In this document: piece by piece, positions 7,243 to 15,492 of the stretch
How positions within the stretch are numbered: position 1 is the stretch's first letter
How the letters are laid out: every line of letters starts with the position of its first letter
UHGV virus genome: UHGV-0144289
DNA from: a virus
Direction: 5' to 3' (one strand)
Length of the DNA stretch: 35,479 nt
Notes under the pieces: generated by a model
What the model was told of the DNA's origin: nothing
Databases searched by the model: none
Seen by the model: only the letters and a program-made list of their open reading frames with translations
Position numbers and translations under genes: made by a program

Positions 7243-8235
7243 ATGAATATTTTGCCATTACTCGACAGGCCGATCGCCTTCCAGCGCAGTTTTATTCGTC
7301 TGGATATTGGTGTGACGGCTGCGCTGTTTCTATCACAAATGACCTACTGGACTAACCGGTCCGACGATGACGGATGGGTGTATAAAACTCAGGAAGAATG
7401 GGAAGAAGAAACCGGCCTTTCCCGCTATGAGCAGGAGGGGGCGCGTAAGAAACTCCGCTCAATTGGTGTACTACTGGAAAAAAGAAAAGGCGTTCCTGCG
7501 CGACTTTTCTACAAAGTAGATAATAACGTTTTATATCAGGTGCTTGCAGCTGCAAACAAGAATGCGGAAAAACCACATACTGGAATGCGGAAAACCACCA
7601 AACAAGTCAGGGGAAAACCAGCAAACTTTCTTACAGAGAATACTACAGAGAATATATATACCCCTAACCCCTTAGAGGAGGAAGGCGTTGAGTTAATTCT
7701 TTCTGATGCACAAAAAGCGCTGGAATTTTACAACGAGCAAACCGGTACCCGCTGCCGTGACCTGAAACCGTTTGTGATGATGCTGACGCCGACCACCACC
7801 CGGGAAGGGTACACACTGGACGAATTGCAGTTAGTTATCCGCTGGGTGCTGGCCACATGGCGCCGCCGTGGCGATAGCCTGCCGAAGCCAGCGAACATCT
7901 GCCGGGTAAACCGCTTTGATGGTTATCTCGCTGACGCTGAAGCATGGGCGGTGACCGAAACCGATATTGATCCGGAAGCCGTTATGAACGGCTACAACGA
8001 AATTTTTGCTGATGTTCTGCCCGCTGCTGAATTGGACACAGACCGCCGCCGGATGATCACCCGTCTGGCCGCCCATATGAAAAACAAAACCACGGGCGCA
8101 TTTCTGGGCTATTTCGAAAAATTCCGCGCTGACGCCTCCGATTTTTACTTTGGTGAAAATGGCGGATGGCGCGCCAGCTTTGACTACCTGATGAAGCCTG
8201 AAACATTGCGTAAAACTCGTGAGGGATCGCTATGA
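7243..8235 (+). CDS. Phage replication initiation / replisome organiser protein
   Basis: 330 aa; N-terminal winged-helix-like domain; directly upstream of and overlapping the helicase gene by 4 nt, the usual O/P-type arrangement. Confidence 0.6.
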   Translation: MNILPLLDRPIAFQRSFIRLDIGVTAALFLSQMTYWTNRSDDDGWVYKTQEEWEEETGLSRYEQEGARKKLRSIGVLLEKRKGVPARLFYKVDNNVLYQVLAAANKNAEKPHTGMRKTTKQVRGKPANFLTENTTENIYTPNPLEEEGVELILSDAQKALEFYNEQTGTRCRDLKPFVMMLTPTTTREGYTLDELQLVIRWVLATWRRRGDSLPKPANICRVNRFDGYLADAEAWAVTETDIDPEAVMNGYNEIFADVLPAAELDTDRRRMITRLAAHMKNKTTGAFLGYFEKFRADASDFYFGENGGWRASFDYLMKPETLRKTREGSL

Positions 8236-9620
8236 CTCCGCAGGAACTGGAATCTTGTGTACTGGCTGGACTGCTGAACGGTGGAGCAAGTCCGGACGCT
8301 TTCGACGTGATCGCATCGACGCCTGAAGAATCATTCAGCATTGTTTTTCATCGTCGCGCCTTCTCGGAAATCAAAAAACAGGCGTTGACGAACGGTCTGA
8401 TCGATATGCTGTTTGTCAGTGAGGCTCTGGGAGGGAGTAGCCTGGCTGATTTATCAGAGATTTCGCGTATGCCCGCCACGGTACCAAACCTGAAAGGTTA
8501 CGCCGGGAAAATGGTGAAGGCGTGGCGCAGCCGCCGTATGGCTGAATTACTGCAAAATGGTGCTGATGGTATCCGCCAGGCGAATAATCAGGAGCAGCGC
8601 GATGAGATTGTCGAAACTGCCGTGGCGCAGCTGCTGGACATGACCGGCGACACTGGCGACGTGCAGCCGGTACACATGAGCGAATTATTGCCGGTGTACA
8701 TGGAAACCATGCAGAAGCGCATGGACGGCGAAGAGGGTACTCGCAACCTGAAAACCGGGATCGAGGAACTTGACGATGCGACCGGCGGAATCAACCTGCA
8801 GGATTTGATTGTCGTCGCTGGGCGTCCGGGCATGGGAAAAACAGAATTTGCGCTGAAGATTGTCGATGGTGTTACCGCTGCTGGCGGTGGCGCGTTGATA
8901 TTCAGCATGGAAATGGCCGCTGCGCAAATCGTAGAACGCGCTCTAGCGGGTTCTGGCAACATGTCAGTGTCACGCCTGCGTAATCCCCTCGATATGCAGG
9001 ACGAGGACTGGGCGCGCTTTACAGCGGCCATGGAGACCATGAACGGGCGCGATATCTGGATCGTTGATGCTACCGATCTGACGATTGAGCAAATCCGCGC
9101 CGTTGCCGAAACGCATAAGCGCCGGTATCCGCATCTGGCGATGATCGTTGTCGATTACCTTGGCCTGATTAAAAAACCGAAGGCAGAGCGTAACGACCTC
9201 GCGATCGCCCACATATCCCGAAACTTAAAAACTATGGCTATGCGCCTGCATACGCCGACGTTCGCGCTTAGCCAGCTTTCCCGCGCCGTGGATTCCCGCC
9301 CGGCGGCCCAGCGCCGCCCGGTCATGTCAGACCTGCGCGATTCCGGTTCCATTGAGCAGGACGCCGACAGCATCATGTTTCTGTACCGCGATGAGGTTTA
9401 CAACCCGGAAAGCCCGGCGGCTGGCGTCGCTGAAATTATCCTGGGTAAAAGCCGCTTCAGCGCCGCAGGCGCAATTATTTATCAGGAATTTAAAAACGGA
9501 CACTTTCTGTCAATGGATCAGCATGTTGGCAAAGAGAAAACACGTATCCAACTGGAGGCCGCGAAACCCCGGAAACAACCCCGTAAATACTCAGAGAAAT
9601 TCAATACCGATGCATTTTAA
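8232..9620 (+). CDS. Replicative DNA helicase, DnaB family
   Basis: 462 aa; Walker A GRPGMGKTEF, and DnaB signatures VVDYLGLIK, LSQLSRAVDSR, SGSIEQDADSIMFLYRDEVY. Confidence 0.9.
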   Translation: MTPQELESCVLAGLLNGGASPDAFDVIASTPEESFSIVFHRRAFSEIKKQALTNGLIDMLFVSEALGGSSLADLSEISRMPATVPNLKGYAGKMVKAWRSRRMAELLQNGADGIRQANNQEQRDEIVETAVAQLLDMTGDTGDVQPVHMSELLPVYMETMQKRMDGEEGTRNLKTGIEELDDATGGINLQDLIVVAGRPGMGKTEFALKIVDGVTAAGGGALIFSMEMAAAQIVERALAGSGNMSVSRLRNPLDMQDEDWARFTAAMETMNGRDIWIVDATDLTIEQIRAVAETHKRRYPHLAMIVVDYLGLIKKPKAERNDLAIAHISRNLKTMAMRLHTPTFALSQLSRAVDSRPAAQRRPVMSDLRDSGSIEQDADSIMFLYRDEVYNPESPAAGVAEIILGKSRFSAAGAIIYQEFKNGHFLSMDQHVGKEKTRIQLEAAKPRKQPRKYSEKFNTDAF

Positions 9621-9658
9621 CCGCGCCTGACCAGCGCGATTTAACTGAGGAAAGACCA

Positions 9659-10327
9659 ATGACCACGAATTTAAATTACCCAAAACCAGTAAAACCGGAT
9701 GATGGCTGCAACTGGCTCCCCGTTATTCTCTGGCGCATGAATGCCGGTGCGCGCGCCCGTAGCCGTTCCGTGTTCGTAGCGGCGCCACGTCCGGCCCCTG
9801 TACCAGGCATCACCCCGCAAAAACCGATTAAGCGAGAAATTATCGCCCCTACGGTTTCCGGCCGCAGGCGTAAAACCCACATCGGCACCGTGATTTATTC
9901 CAGAGGTGAAAAAAGCGTTCGCCTTAGCGAAGGCGCGACTGTCTGGTCTGCTGGCTCAAATGAGCATTTCGATAAAAAAACGGGCCAGCGCGTCGGCAGT
10001 ATTGGTCGTCACCGTCTGGTGCTGGAGAGTATCCGCCCATTGCAGGCCAGCGACGCACAACAGGACGCCGGGAGCGTCACCGCGCAGCAACTGGTAGCCG
10101 TGATGAAAGGCAAAACGCTTTCTTACCAGGGCATTCTGGCATTAATCCAGAAGCACTATCCCGATTGTCAGGTGACGACTAAAGAACTTCACGATCGCGT
10201 GTTCGGCATGTTCATGTCGAATTACGTGGGTATCACCCGTCACGACGATATGCCGGTGGTTCACTTCACGCTTAACAGCGTCGATCCCCGTTATTACATC
10301 GAGTCAGCGAAGAACAAGAGGGCATAA
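9659..10327 (+). CDS. Hypothetical protein (no recognised domain)
   Basis: 222 aa; ATG preceded by GAGGAAAGACCA and a conserved upstream block GCGCCTGACCAGCG. Confidence 0.6.
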   Translation: MTTNLNYPKPVKPDDGCNWLPVILWRMNAGARARSRSVFVAAPRPAPVPGITPQKPIKREIIAPTVSGRRRKTHIGTVIYSRGEKSVRLSEGATVWSAGSNEHFDKKTGQRVGSIGRHRLVLESIRPLQASDAQQDAGSVTAQQLVAVMKGKTLSYQGILALIQKHYPDCQVTTKELHDRVFGMFMSNYVGITRHDDMPVVHFTLNSVDPRYYIESAKNKRA

Positions 10328-10330
10328 GGC

Positions 10331-10564
10331 ATGGCCGGGCAATCAGATTACTTGCCGCCCGGCTTACCGCTTAATCGCGCCAAATGGCCGCAGGAGTGCC
10401 AGATCAAAGAGCACTACGACATGCGGGCCGCGGCACTCATACGCCAGCTGTTCGAGAAAAAAGTTACTCGACAGGCCATCGTAGAGCAGATTGCAGCGAC
10501 GCCGGAAAGCTACCGGGAGTTTTTCAAAGAACGATTAAATTTTTGGCGGGAGAAGCGGACATGA
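10331..10564 (+). CDS. Hypothetical small protein
   Basis: 77-aa ORF tightly packed between neighbours. Confidence 0.45.
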   Translation: MAGQSDYLPPGLPLNRAKWPQECQIKEHYDMRAAALIRQLFEKKVTRQAIVEQIAATPESYREFFKERLNFWREKRT

Positions 10565-10731
10565 AATTTTCAACACCTGATTTTATGCATTGCAGCCGCA
10601 GGACGCTGATGCTGTTCGTACTCAGTGCAAACGTTGTTGGCTGGATAGTCATTATCGCTCTGATATGGGCTGGATGTGAGGTTGCACAGTGGGCGCTGGA
10701 ATGTCTCCGCAGTAGTGGGGTGCTTGCGTGA
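10561..10731 (+). CDS. Small membrane protein (single hydrophobic helix)
   Basis: 56 aa; hydrophobic stretch LMLFVLSANVVGWIVIIALIWAG; start overlaps the previous stop (ATGA) and its stop overlaps the methyltransferase start. Confidence 0.45.
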   Translation: MKFSTPDFMHCSRRTLMLFVLSANVVGWIVIIALIWAGCEVAQWALECLRSSGVLA

Positions 10732-11318
10732 ATAACAAATACACCCTGATTTATGCGGATCCTCCATGGACTTACCGCGACAAAGCCAAAGACGGGGAAC
10801 GCGGCGCCGGGCACAAATACCAGACCATGACTGTGCTCGATATCTGCCGTCTCCCGGTCTGGGAACTGGCCGCTGAAAACTGCCTGCTGGCTATGTGGTG
10901 GGTACCGACTCAGCCGCTGGAGGCGTTGCGAGTAGTCGAGGCGTGGGGCTTCCGTCTGATGACCATGAAAGGCTTTACGTGGAACAAATGCTACAGCCGG
11001 CAGACCGACAAACTGGCCCTTGGAATGGGCCATTTGACCAGGGCGAACAGCGAGGATTGCCTTTTCGCTGTGCAGGGGAAATTACCCGCCCGGATGGATG
11101 CAGGGATCGTTCAGTCATTCACGGCCCCGCGTCTGGAGCATTCGCGCAAACCGGATATCGTGCGCGAAAAGCTGGTGCAGCTGCTGGGCGATGTGCCGCG
11201 TATTGAGTTATTCGCCCGCCAGTCGTCGCATGGTTTCGACGTGTGGGGCAATCAGTGTGAGTCGCCAGCGGTGGCGCTGCTGCCGGGCATTGCAGAATAT
11301 ATCGGGGAGGTAGCCTAA
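10728..11318 (+). CDS. DNA N6-adenine methyltransferase, MT-A70 family
   Basis: 196 aa; catalytic motif IYADPPW near the N-terminus, typical of MT-A70-like phage adenine methyltransferases. Confidence 0.85.
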   Translation: MNNKYTLIYADPPWTYRDKAKDGERGAGHKYQTMTVLDICRLPVWELAAENCLLAMWWVPTQPLEALRVVEAWGFRLMTMKGFTWNKCYSRQTDKLALGMGHLTRANSEDCLFAVQGKLPARMDAGIVQSFTAPRLEHSRKPDIVREKLVQLLGDVPRIELFARQSSHGFDVWGNQCESPAVALLPGIAEYIGEVA

Positions 11319-11320
11319 CC

Positions 11321-11551
11321 ATGAAAAACACTATTCAGGATTTAATGAATCACCAGTTCGCCATGCTGGAAACCGTCACCGATCCCAATATCAAAGGCGA
11401 CCTGCTTCAGGAAGAGTTATCGAGGGCTAAAGCGGTAGTGGAAATCGTCGGGGTGATGGTCGGTACTTATCGAGTTGCGCTCGACGCCCAGAAGGCTATT
11501 TATGACGGTACCGCAGGCAATGTACCTAAGATTATGGGGATCGAAAAATGA
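11321..11551 (+). CDS. Hypothetical small protein
   Basis: 76-aa ORF with start 2 nt after the methyltransferase stop. Confidence 0.5.
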   Translation: MKNTIQDLMNHQFAMLETVTDPNIKGDLLQEELSRAKAVVEIVGVMVGTYRVALDAQKAIYDGTAGNVPKIMGIEK

Positions 11552-12165
11552 TAGAGAAATACACTCCAGCCCAGGAGTTGTTTATCAAGCAGCATATTAA
11601 AAGCTCCACTGCGCGGGAATTAACTGAAATGTTTAACGCTAAATTTGGTACAAATAAGAGCGTGGGCGCTATTCGTATCTGGTGCAAATCTCATGGGTTA
11701 GGAAAGCAGTTTTTAATTGAGCCGCGCTATTCCGATGAGCAGCTGACTTTCATTTATGCCAATAGGAATCTAACGAATGCTGAACTTACAGAAAGGTTCA
11801 ACAGGAGATTCGGTACCGATAAAAAACCTGACAATATCAAGGATGTAAAGATAGCTCGCGGATGGACACGCGAACCTAAAGGCCGGAAACGCATTCTTCC
11901 ACAGTACATCACTGTTAATAAAGAGAAAATTAGACTCGATGTATACGTATATGAATGCGTACATGGAAAATTACCGTCTGGTTATTCGGTTATCCATCTG
12001 GATAATGATTTGAATAACAACAATATCAATAATCTACGCGCGGCACCTAAAGAAATACGCCGCCTGTTCTCTGGGGCGGGCTACTCAAAAATGCCGCAGG
12101 TTCTTGCTCCGGCGCTGTATGCACAAGTTATGCTCCGCCATGCAATTAAACGATTATCCAGCTAA
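11548..12165 (+). CDS. HNH homing-type endonuclease with two N-terminal DNA-binding repeats
   Basis: 205 aa; duplicated ~45-aa module (ELTEMFNAKFGTNKSVGAIRIW / ELTERFNRRFGTDKKPDNIKDVKIARGW) and HNH core VHGKLPSGYSVIHLDNDLNNNNINNL; markedly AT-rich compared with its neighbours. Confidence 0.75.
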   Translation: MIEKYTPAQELFIKQHIKSSTARELTEMFNAKFGTNKSVGAIRIWCKSHGLGKQFLIEPRYSDEQLTFIYANRNLTNAELTERFNRRFGTDKKPDNIKDVKIARGWTREPKGRKRILPQYITVNKEKIRLDVYVYECVHGKLPSGYSVIHLDNDLNNNNINNLRAAPKEIRRLFSGAGYSKMPQVLAPALYAQVMLRHAIKRLSS

Positions 12166-12177
12166 CTGAGGTGGTTA

Positions 12178-12516
12178 ATGGCTAAATCATCCGCAGAACG
12201 TAAAGCCGCGCAGAGGGCGCGGCAATCTGCCGCCGGCAACCGCAAAATTGAGCTGGTTCTCGATACGCAGGAACTGGACATGCTGGCGCATAACTGCGCC
12301 GCCCGGCGTCCGGGGCGTGAACCGTACGAACTGGCCGAGTACATCGCTATGCTGATCCGTCAGGATGATGCGCGGCTTAGTGGCCACATCAAATCGATCA
12401 GCAAACGTCTGTGTAGAAAATGCGGTGAGACGCTGCCGATCACCTCCTGCCCGTGTGCTGGTGATTCGCAATGCTGGGTAACGCGAGGGTGGCACGAAAC
12501 CAAACTGTCAGCATAG
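12178..12516 (+). CDS. Hypothetical protein with C-terminal cysteine cluster
   Basis: 112 aa; basic N-terminus, C-terminal CRKCGETLPITSCPCAGDSQC suggests a small zinc-binding element. Confidence 0.55.
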   Translation: MAKSSAERKAAQRARQSAAGNRKIELVLDTQELDMLAHNCAARRPGREPYELAEYIAMLIRQDDARLSGHIKSISKRLCRKCGETLPITSCPCAGDSQCWVTRGWHETKLSA

Positions 12517-12539
12517 CGAACAACCATACCAGTTAAAAC

Positions 12540-12568
12540 AGAACCGTCAGAAATGGCGGTTTTCTTTT
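12540..12568 (+). terminator. Weak terminator-like hairpin after the 112-aa gene
   Basis: AACCG...CGGTT stem followed by TTCTTTTG; large loop, so weak. Confidence 0.3.
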
Positions 12569-12658
12569 GAATTCAATCGGATATTTTGAGATTTATTGTT
12601 GATTTTTAACGATTCGTGCTCTTAAAAATTTGCGCTCACTGTCAGTTGGTAGTATATA

Positions 12659-12678
12659 TACTGTAATTTTATACAGTA
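12659..12678. promoter_or_regulatory. LexA binding site (SOS box) TACTGTAATTTTATACAGTA
   Basis: Perfect CTGT-N8-ACAG dyad with flanking TA, matching the enterobacterial SOS-box consensus; located ~20 nt upstream of the RBS of the next small gene and overlapping a probable -10 (TATATA). Confidence 0.8.
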
Positions 12679-12698
12679 TTGTTGTTGAGGGAGAGGTA

Positions 12699-12890
12699 GT
12701 GGTTGATAAGAAAGACGCAGGAGACCTTCTCCCCGACGATGGTGATGTACTGATAACGTGTGAAAATGGGAAGATTAAGAAGACCAGAATTGTCCATTCC
12801 GATGAGCACGTAGCGACACTTAACGCGTTGTTTGAATTAGCTAAATTGACGGGTTATACCATTATCAAACCAGACGGCAATATGCTATAA
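12699..12890 (+). CDS. Small SOS-regulated protein, candidate antirepressor
   Basis: 63 aa from GTG at 12699 (RBS GAGGGAGAGG); the longer TTG-initiated frame from 12630 would run through the promoter/operator and is less plausible; AT-rich island. Confidence 0.5.
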   Translation: MVDKKDAGDLLPDDGDVLITCENGKIKKTRIVHSDEHVATLNALFELAKLTGYTIIKPDGNML

Positions 12891-12958
12891 TTACCCCGTT
12901 GGCCTGAACACCCAACACCATGTAATTCTGAACAATTGCTGCGCTAAAGGGGAACCCA

Positions 12959-13555
12959 ATGGCGCAGTATTCTTTTGTAAAAGCACCCGGCGGTGTATTA
13001 ATTCCGGCAACGCCTGACGCCCGCGAATTCTTAGAAAAAAAAGTCCGCATGGGCGGTATTCTGTATGCGGATTTTAAACAGGCAAGGAACTCGGCATTTC
13101 ACCGTAAATTTTTTGCCCTCCTGAATCTGGGATTTGATTACTGGCAACCTTCCGGCGGTGCAATATCGCCAGCCGATAAAAAACTGGTTCGGGGTTACGT
13201 GCAGCTGGTGGCCCACTATGCCGGGCATGGCGACACATTGCAGGAACTGGCGGATCAGTATCTGCGCGATGAGGCAGAAAAACGCGCCGGCAATATCAGC
13301 GCGGTTAAATCGTTTGAAGCTTTCCGTTCCTGGGTAACTATCGAGGCCGGTTTTTATACCGAATACCAGATGCCTGATGGCACCACCCGCAAGGAACCCA
13401 AATCCATATCGTTCGCAAAAATGGACGATGTAGAATTTTCCCAGCTGTACAAATCCGTATTAGACGTCCTCTGGAATTTTATTTTATTCCGCACCTTCCC
13501 TAATCAGCAGGCAGCAGAAAACGCAGCCTCTCAGCTTTTCAGTTATGCGGCCTGA
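12959..13555 (+). CDS. DUF1367-like phage protein
   Basis: 198 aa; resembles the conserved lambdoid nin-region protein family (MAQYSFVKAPGG...FHRKFFALLNLGF) as I recall it. Confidence 0.6.
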   Translation: MAQYSFVKAPGGVLIPATPDAREFLEKKVRMGGILYADFKQARNSAFHRKFFALLNLGFDYWQPSGGAISPADKKLVRGYVQLVAHYAGHGDTLQELADQYLRDEAEKRAGNISAVKSFEAFRSWVTIEAGFYTEYQMPDGTTRKEPKSISFAKMDDVEFSQLYKSVLDVLWNFILFRTFPNQQAAENAASQLFSYAA

Positions 13556-13565
13556 GGCGGACACT

Positions 13566-14042
13566 ATGAAATTCAATATTCGCTCTCATATCGTCGAGAT
13601 GGATGAGGCCGACGCCTTGATCTTTGTGGGTTACCCCATCCACATCGGCTCGAATGGTTATGCAAAAGTCACCGGCTGGCATTTTGGCAAGGAAAGATAC
13701 CTTCATCGCGTCATCATGAATGCGGGGCCTCATGATGTTGTAGATCACATTGATGGTAATAAGCTCAACTGCACCCGCTCAAATCTGAGGATCTGCACAC
13801 AGGCCGACAATACCAAAAATGTGGGCTTGAGGAGTGACAATAGCTCAGGAATTCCGGGAATTTACTGGGTATCCACTCGCCTAAAATGGGCGGCGCAAAT
13901 TTCAGTTGATGGCAGGACCGTTAGTTTAGGCCGCTTTGATGAAATTGCCGATGCTATCAATGCCCGCCGGAAAGCAGAAGATTTGTATTACGGGGAGTTT
14001 GCAGCCAGCAAGGGGGTGCTTTGTGAAAAAGCGCGCCAGTAA
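13566..14042 (+). CDS. HNH endonuclease with AP2-like DNA-binding domain
   Basis: 158 aa from the ATG at 13566 (RBS GAGG); HNH core HRVIMNAGPHDVVDHIDGNKLNCTRSNLRICTQADN followed by AP2-like segment GIPGIYWVSTRLKWAAQISVDGRTVSLGRFDEIADA. Confidence 0.75.
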   Translation: MKFNIRSHIVEMDEADALIFVGYPIHIGSNGYAKVTGWHFGKERYLHRVIMNAGPHDVVDHIDGNKLNCTRSNLRICTQADNTKNVGLRSDNSSGIPGIYWVSTRLKWAAQISVDGRTVSLGRFDEIADAINARRKAEDLYYGEFAASKGVLCEKARQ

Positions 14043-14337
14043 ATCAGATAAGCAATATTTCCAAGATCTCGTTGAGATAGGTTGTATTGTCTGCAAAGTA
14101 CACTTCGGCGTGTACTCCGCCCCCGAAATCCATCACATCCGAACCGGTCAGGGCATAGCCCAGCGCGCCGACCACAAAGAAACTCTCCCGCTTTGCCCGC
14201 CACACCACAGAACCGGCGGACACGGCGTAGCTATCCACGCAGGGCAAAAAACATGGGAAGAAAACTACGGCACGGAGACTGAATTGCTCGAACAGGTCAC
14301 TAACGAGATAAAGGAATTACGTCTATGCAGAATTTAA
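14023..14337 (+). CDS. Ref-like (recombination enhancement function) HNH-type nuclease
   Basis: ~104 aa from GTG at 14023 (RBS AGGGGGT); Cys/His-rich motif CIVCKVH...EIHHIRTG...LCPPHHRTG. Family assignment from memory; the start codon is uncertain (the ORF is open from 13936). Confidence 0.4.
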   Translation: MKKRASKSDKQYFQDLVEIGCIVCKVHFGVYSAPEIHHIRTGQGIAQRADHKETLPLCPPHHRTGGHGVAIHAGQKTWEENYGTETELLEQVTNEIKELRLCRI

Positions 14338-14492
14338 TTCCGTCTCTAAGAGCAGCAGATAACGCTAAAAAATGCGGTTGGCCAGCACGTGCGGAAAGCA
14401 TGAAATTCTGTTCAGGCTCCTTTTCCATTCTGGCGGGCGGCGATTTTGCCCTTCTCTATGCTCGCGCACGCGCGCGTTTAGGGGGCTGAATT

Positions 14493-14789
14493 ATGCCGCT
14501 GGTCGCCACCTTCCGTACAGACTGGTTCAGAGTCATTACCGACCTGACCCGAAAAAATCTCACCACTCAGCAAATCGCCGATGAACTTGGCGTTTCAAAA
14601 TCCGCCGTCCTCGGCTGGAAATCTGGATCAGAGCCTCGCCATGGTCACGGTGAAGCGCTGATTGCTCTCTGGTGTCTGGCTACCAGCTCAGACCGTAAAA
14701 AACTCCCCACAGTGCTTTACCGCCAGTGGTGGACGTTCCGCCGCCCTGTTTTTGGTCGGGAAACTGACCAGAAGGGCAACACACAATGA
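14493..14789 (+). CDS. HTH DNA-binding protein, candidate late-gene regulator
   Basis: 98 aa; HTH LTTQQIADELGVSKSAVLGW; last regulatory-looking gene before the virion module. Confidence 0.55.
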   Translation: MPLVATFRTDWFRVITDLTRKNLTTQQIADELGVSKSAVLGWKSGSEPRHGHGEALIALWCLATSSDRKKLPTVLYRQWWTFRRPVFGRETDQKGNTQ

Positions 14790-14807
14790 CGACTCACTAA
14801 TACAGGA

Positions 14808-15257
14808 GTGAAAAAAATGGTTCGACCGAAAAAAATCGTTGAGATGCCGGGGCAGGAAAAAGCGGCGCCGGAAGAAAAAACGTTCGTTACAGAGGGGCAG
14901 TTAATTACTGCTGAACAGACCGGCGCGCAGCAGCAGGGTAGCGATAGCGACGAACAGACCGTGCAGCAGAATGTTTCAACCCTGCTTGATGGTACTCAGT
15001 TGGCAGAACGTAACGCCATTCTAGCCACACTCAACGCGCAGGGCGCTGCGATCGTTGCCCGCTTCGAAGAGTACGGCTTCACCGACACTATCGGCCACCC
15101 GCTGACCAACTGTCTCGATTTCCTCAGTCTGGTACGCAAAGCCACTGATGTAAGCACTGGCGGCACAGCGGAGCAGGTGACAAACGAGGAAGGCAAAAAG
15201 CAACCCGTACGCAGTGCGCCGGTATTAACCGAACACGGCTGGCACGTTCCGGGCTAA
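14808..15257 (+). CDS. Hypothetical protein (acidic, Gln-rich N-terminus)
   Basis: 149-aa ORF with RBS ACAGGAG before a GTG start. Confidence 0.55.
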   Translation: MKKMVRPKKIVEMPGQEKAAPEEKTFVTEGQLITAEQTGAQQQGSDSDEQTVQQNVSTLLDGTQLAERNAILATLNAQGAAIVARFEEYGFTDTIGHPLTNCLDFLSLVRKATDVSTGGTAEQVTNEEGKKQPVRSAPVLTEHGWHVPG

Positions 15258-15267
15258 GGAGAATTTT

Positions 15268-15489
15268 ATGTGTGGTAGCGCACCAAAAGTTGTTCAGTCA
15301 GACCCGCAGGCCGAAGCCGACGCAGCAGCAGACGCAGCGGCCAAAGCTGCGAACGCTGACGCAGCAGCGCGCAAAAAGCGCAAACAGGGATCATCCCTGC
15401 TGGCCAGCGGCGCAGAAGGCGCAACGGATACAGGTTCTTCCCTGCTGTCCACTGGCGCACAGGCCGCAAAAAATACGTTAGGGGCTTAA
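15268..15489 (+). CDS. Small Ala-rich protein, paralogous to the N-terminal part of the 162-aa internal protein at 22827
   Basis: 73 aa; starts MC..., contains QAEADAAADAAAK and two GSSLLxxG motifs shared with the proteins at 17335 and 22827. Confidence 0.55.
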   Translation: MCGSAPKVVQSDPQAEADAAADAAAKAANADAAARKKRKQGSSLLASGAEGATDTGSSLLSTGAQAAKNTLGA

Positions 15490-15492
15490 TTC

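Noticed and set aside
12630-12698. Longer 86-aa version of the SOS-regulated ORF starting at the TTG at 12630
   Set aside because: That start would place the coding region across the promoter and LexA box; the GTG at 12699 with a strong purine-rich RBS is more plausible.
14325-14489. 54-aa ORF (MQNLIPSLRAADNAKK...) between the Ref-like gene and the HTH gene
   Set aside because: Below the size threshold, no clear RBS or motif; left unannotated although a small gene here is possible.
14790-14810. T7-promoter-like string ACGACTCACTAATACAGGAG upstream of the 149-aa gene (11-nt identity to the T7 class III promoter core)
   Set aside because: No single-subunit RNA polymerase gene is present in the window, the match does not cover the full 23-bp promoter, and part of it is simply the Shine-Dalgarno sequence of the next gene; probably coincidental.
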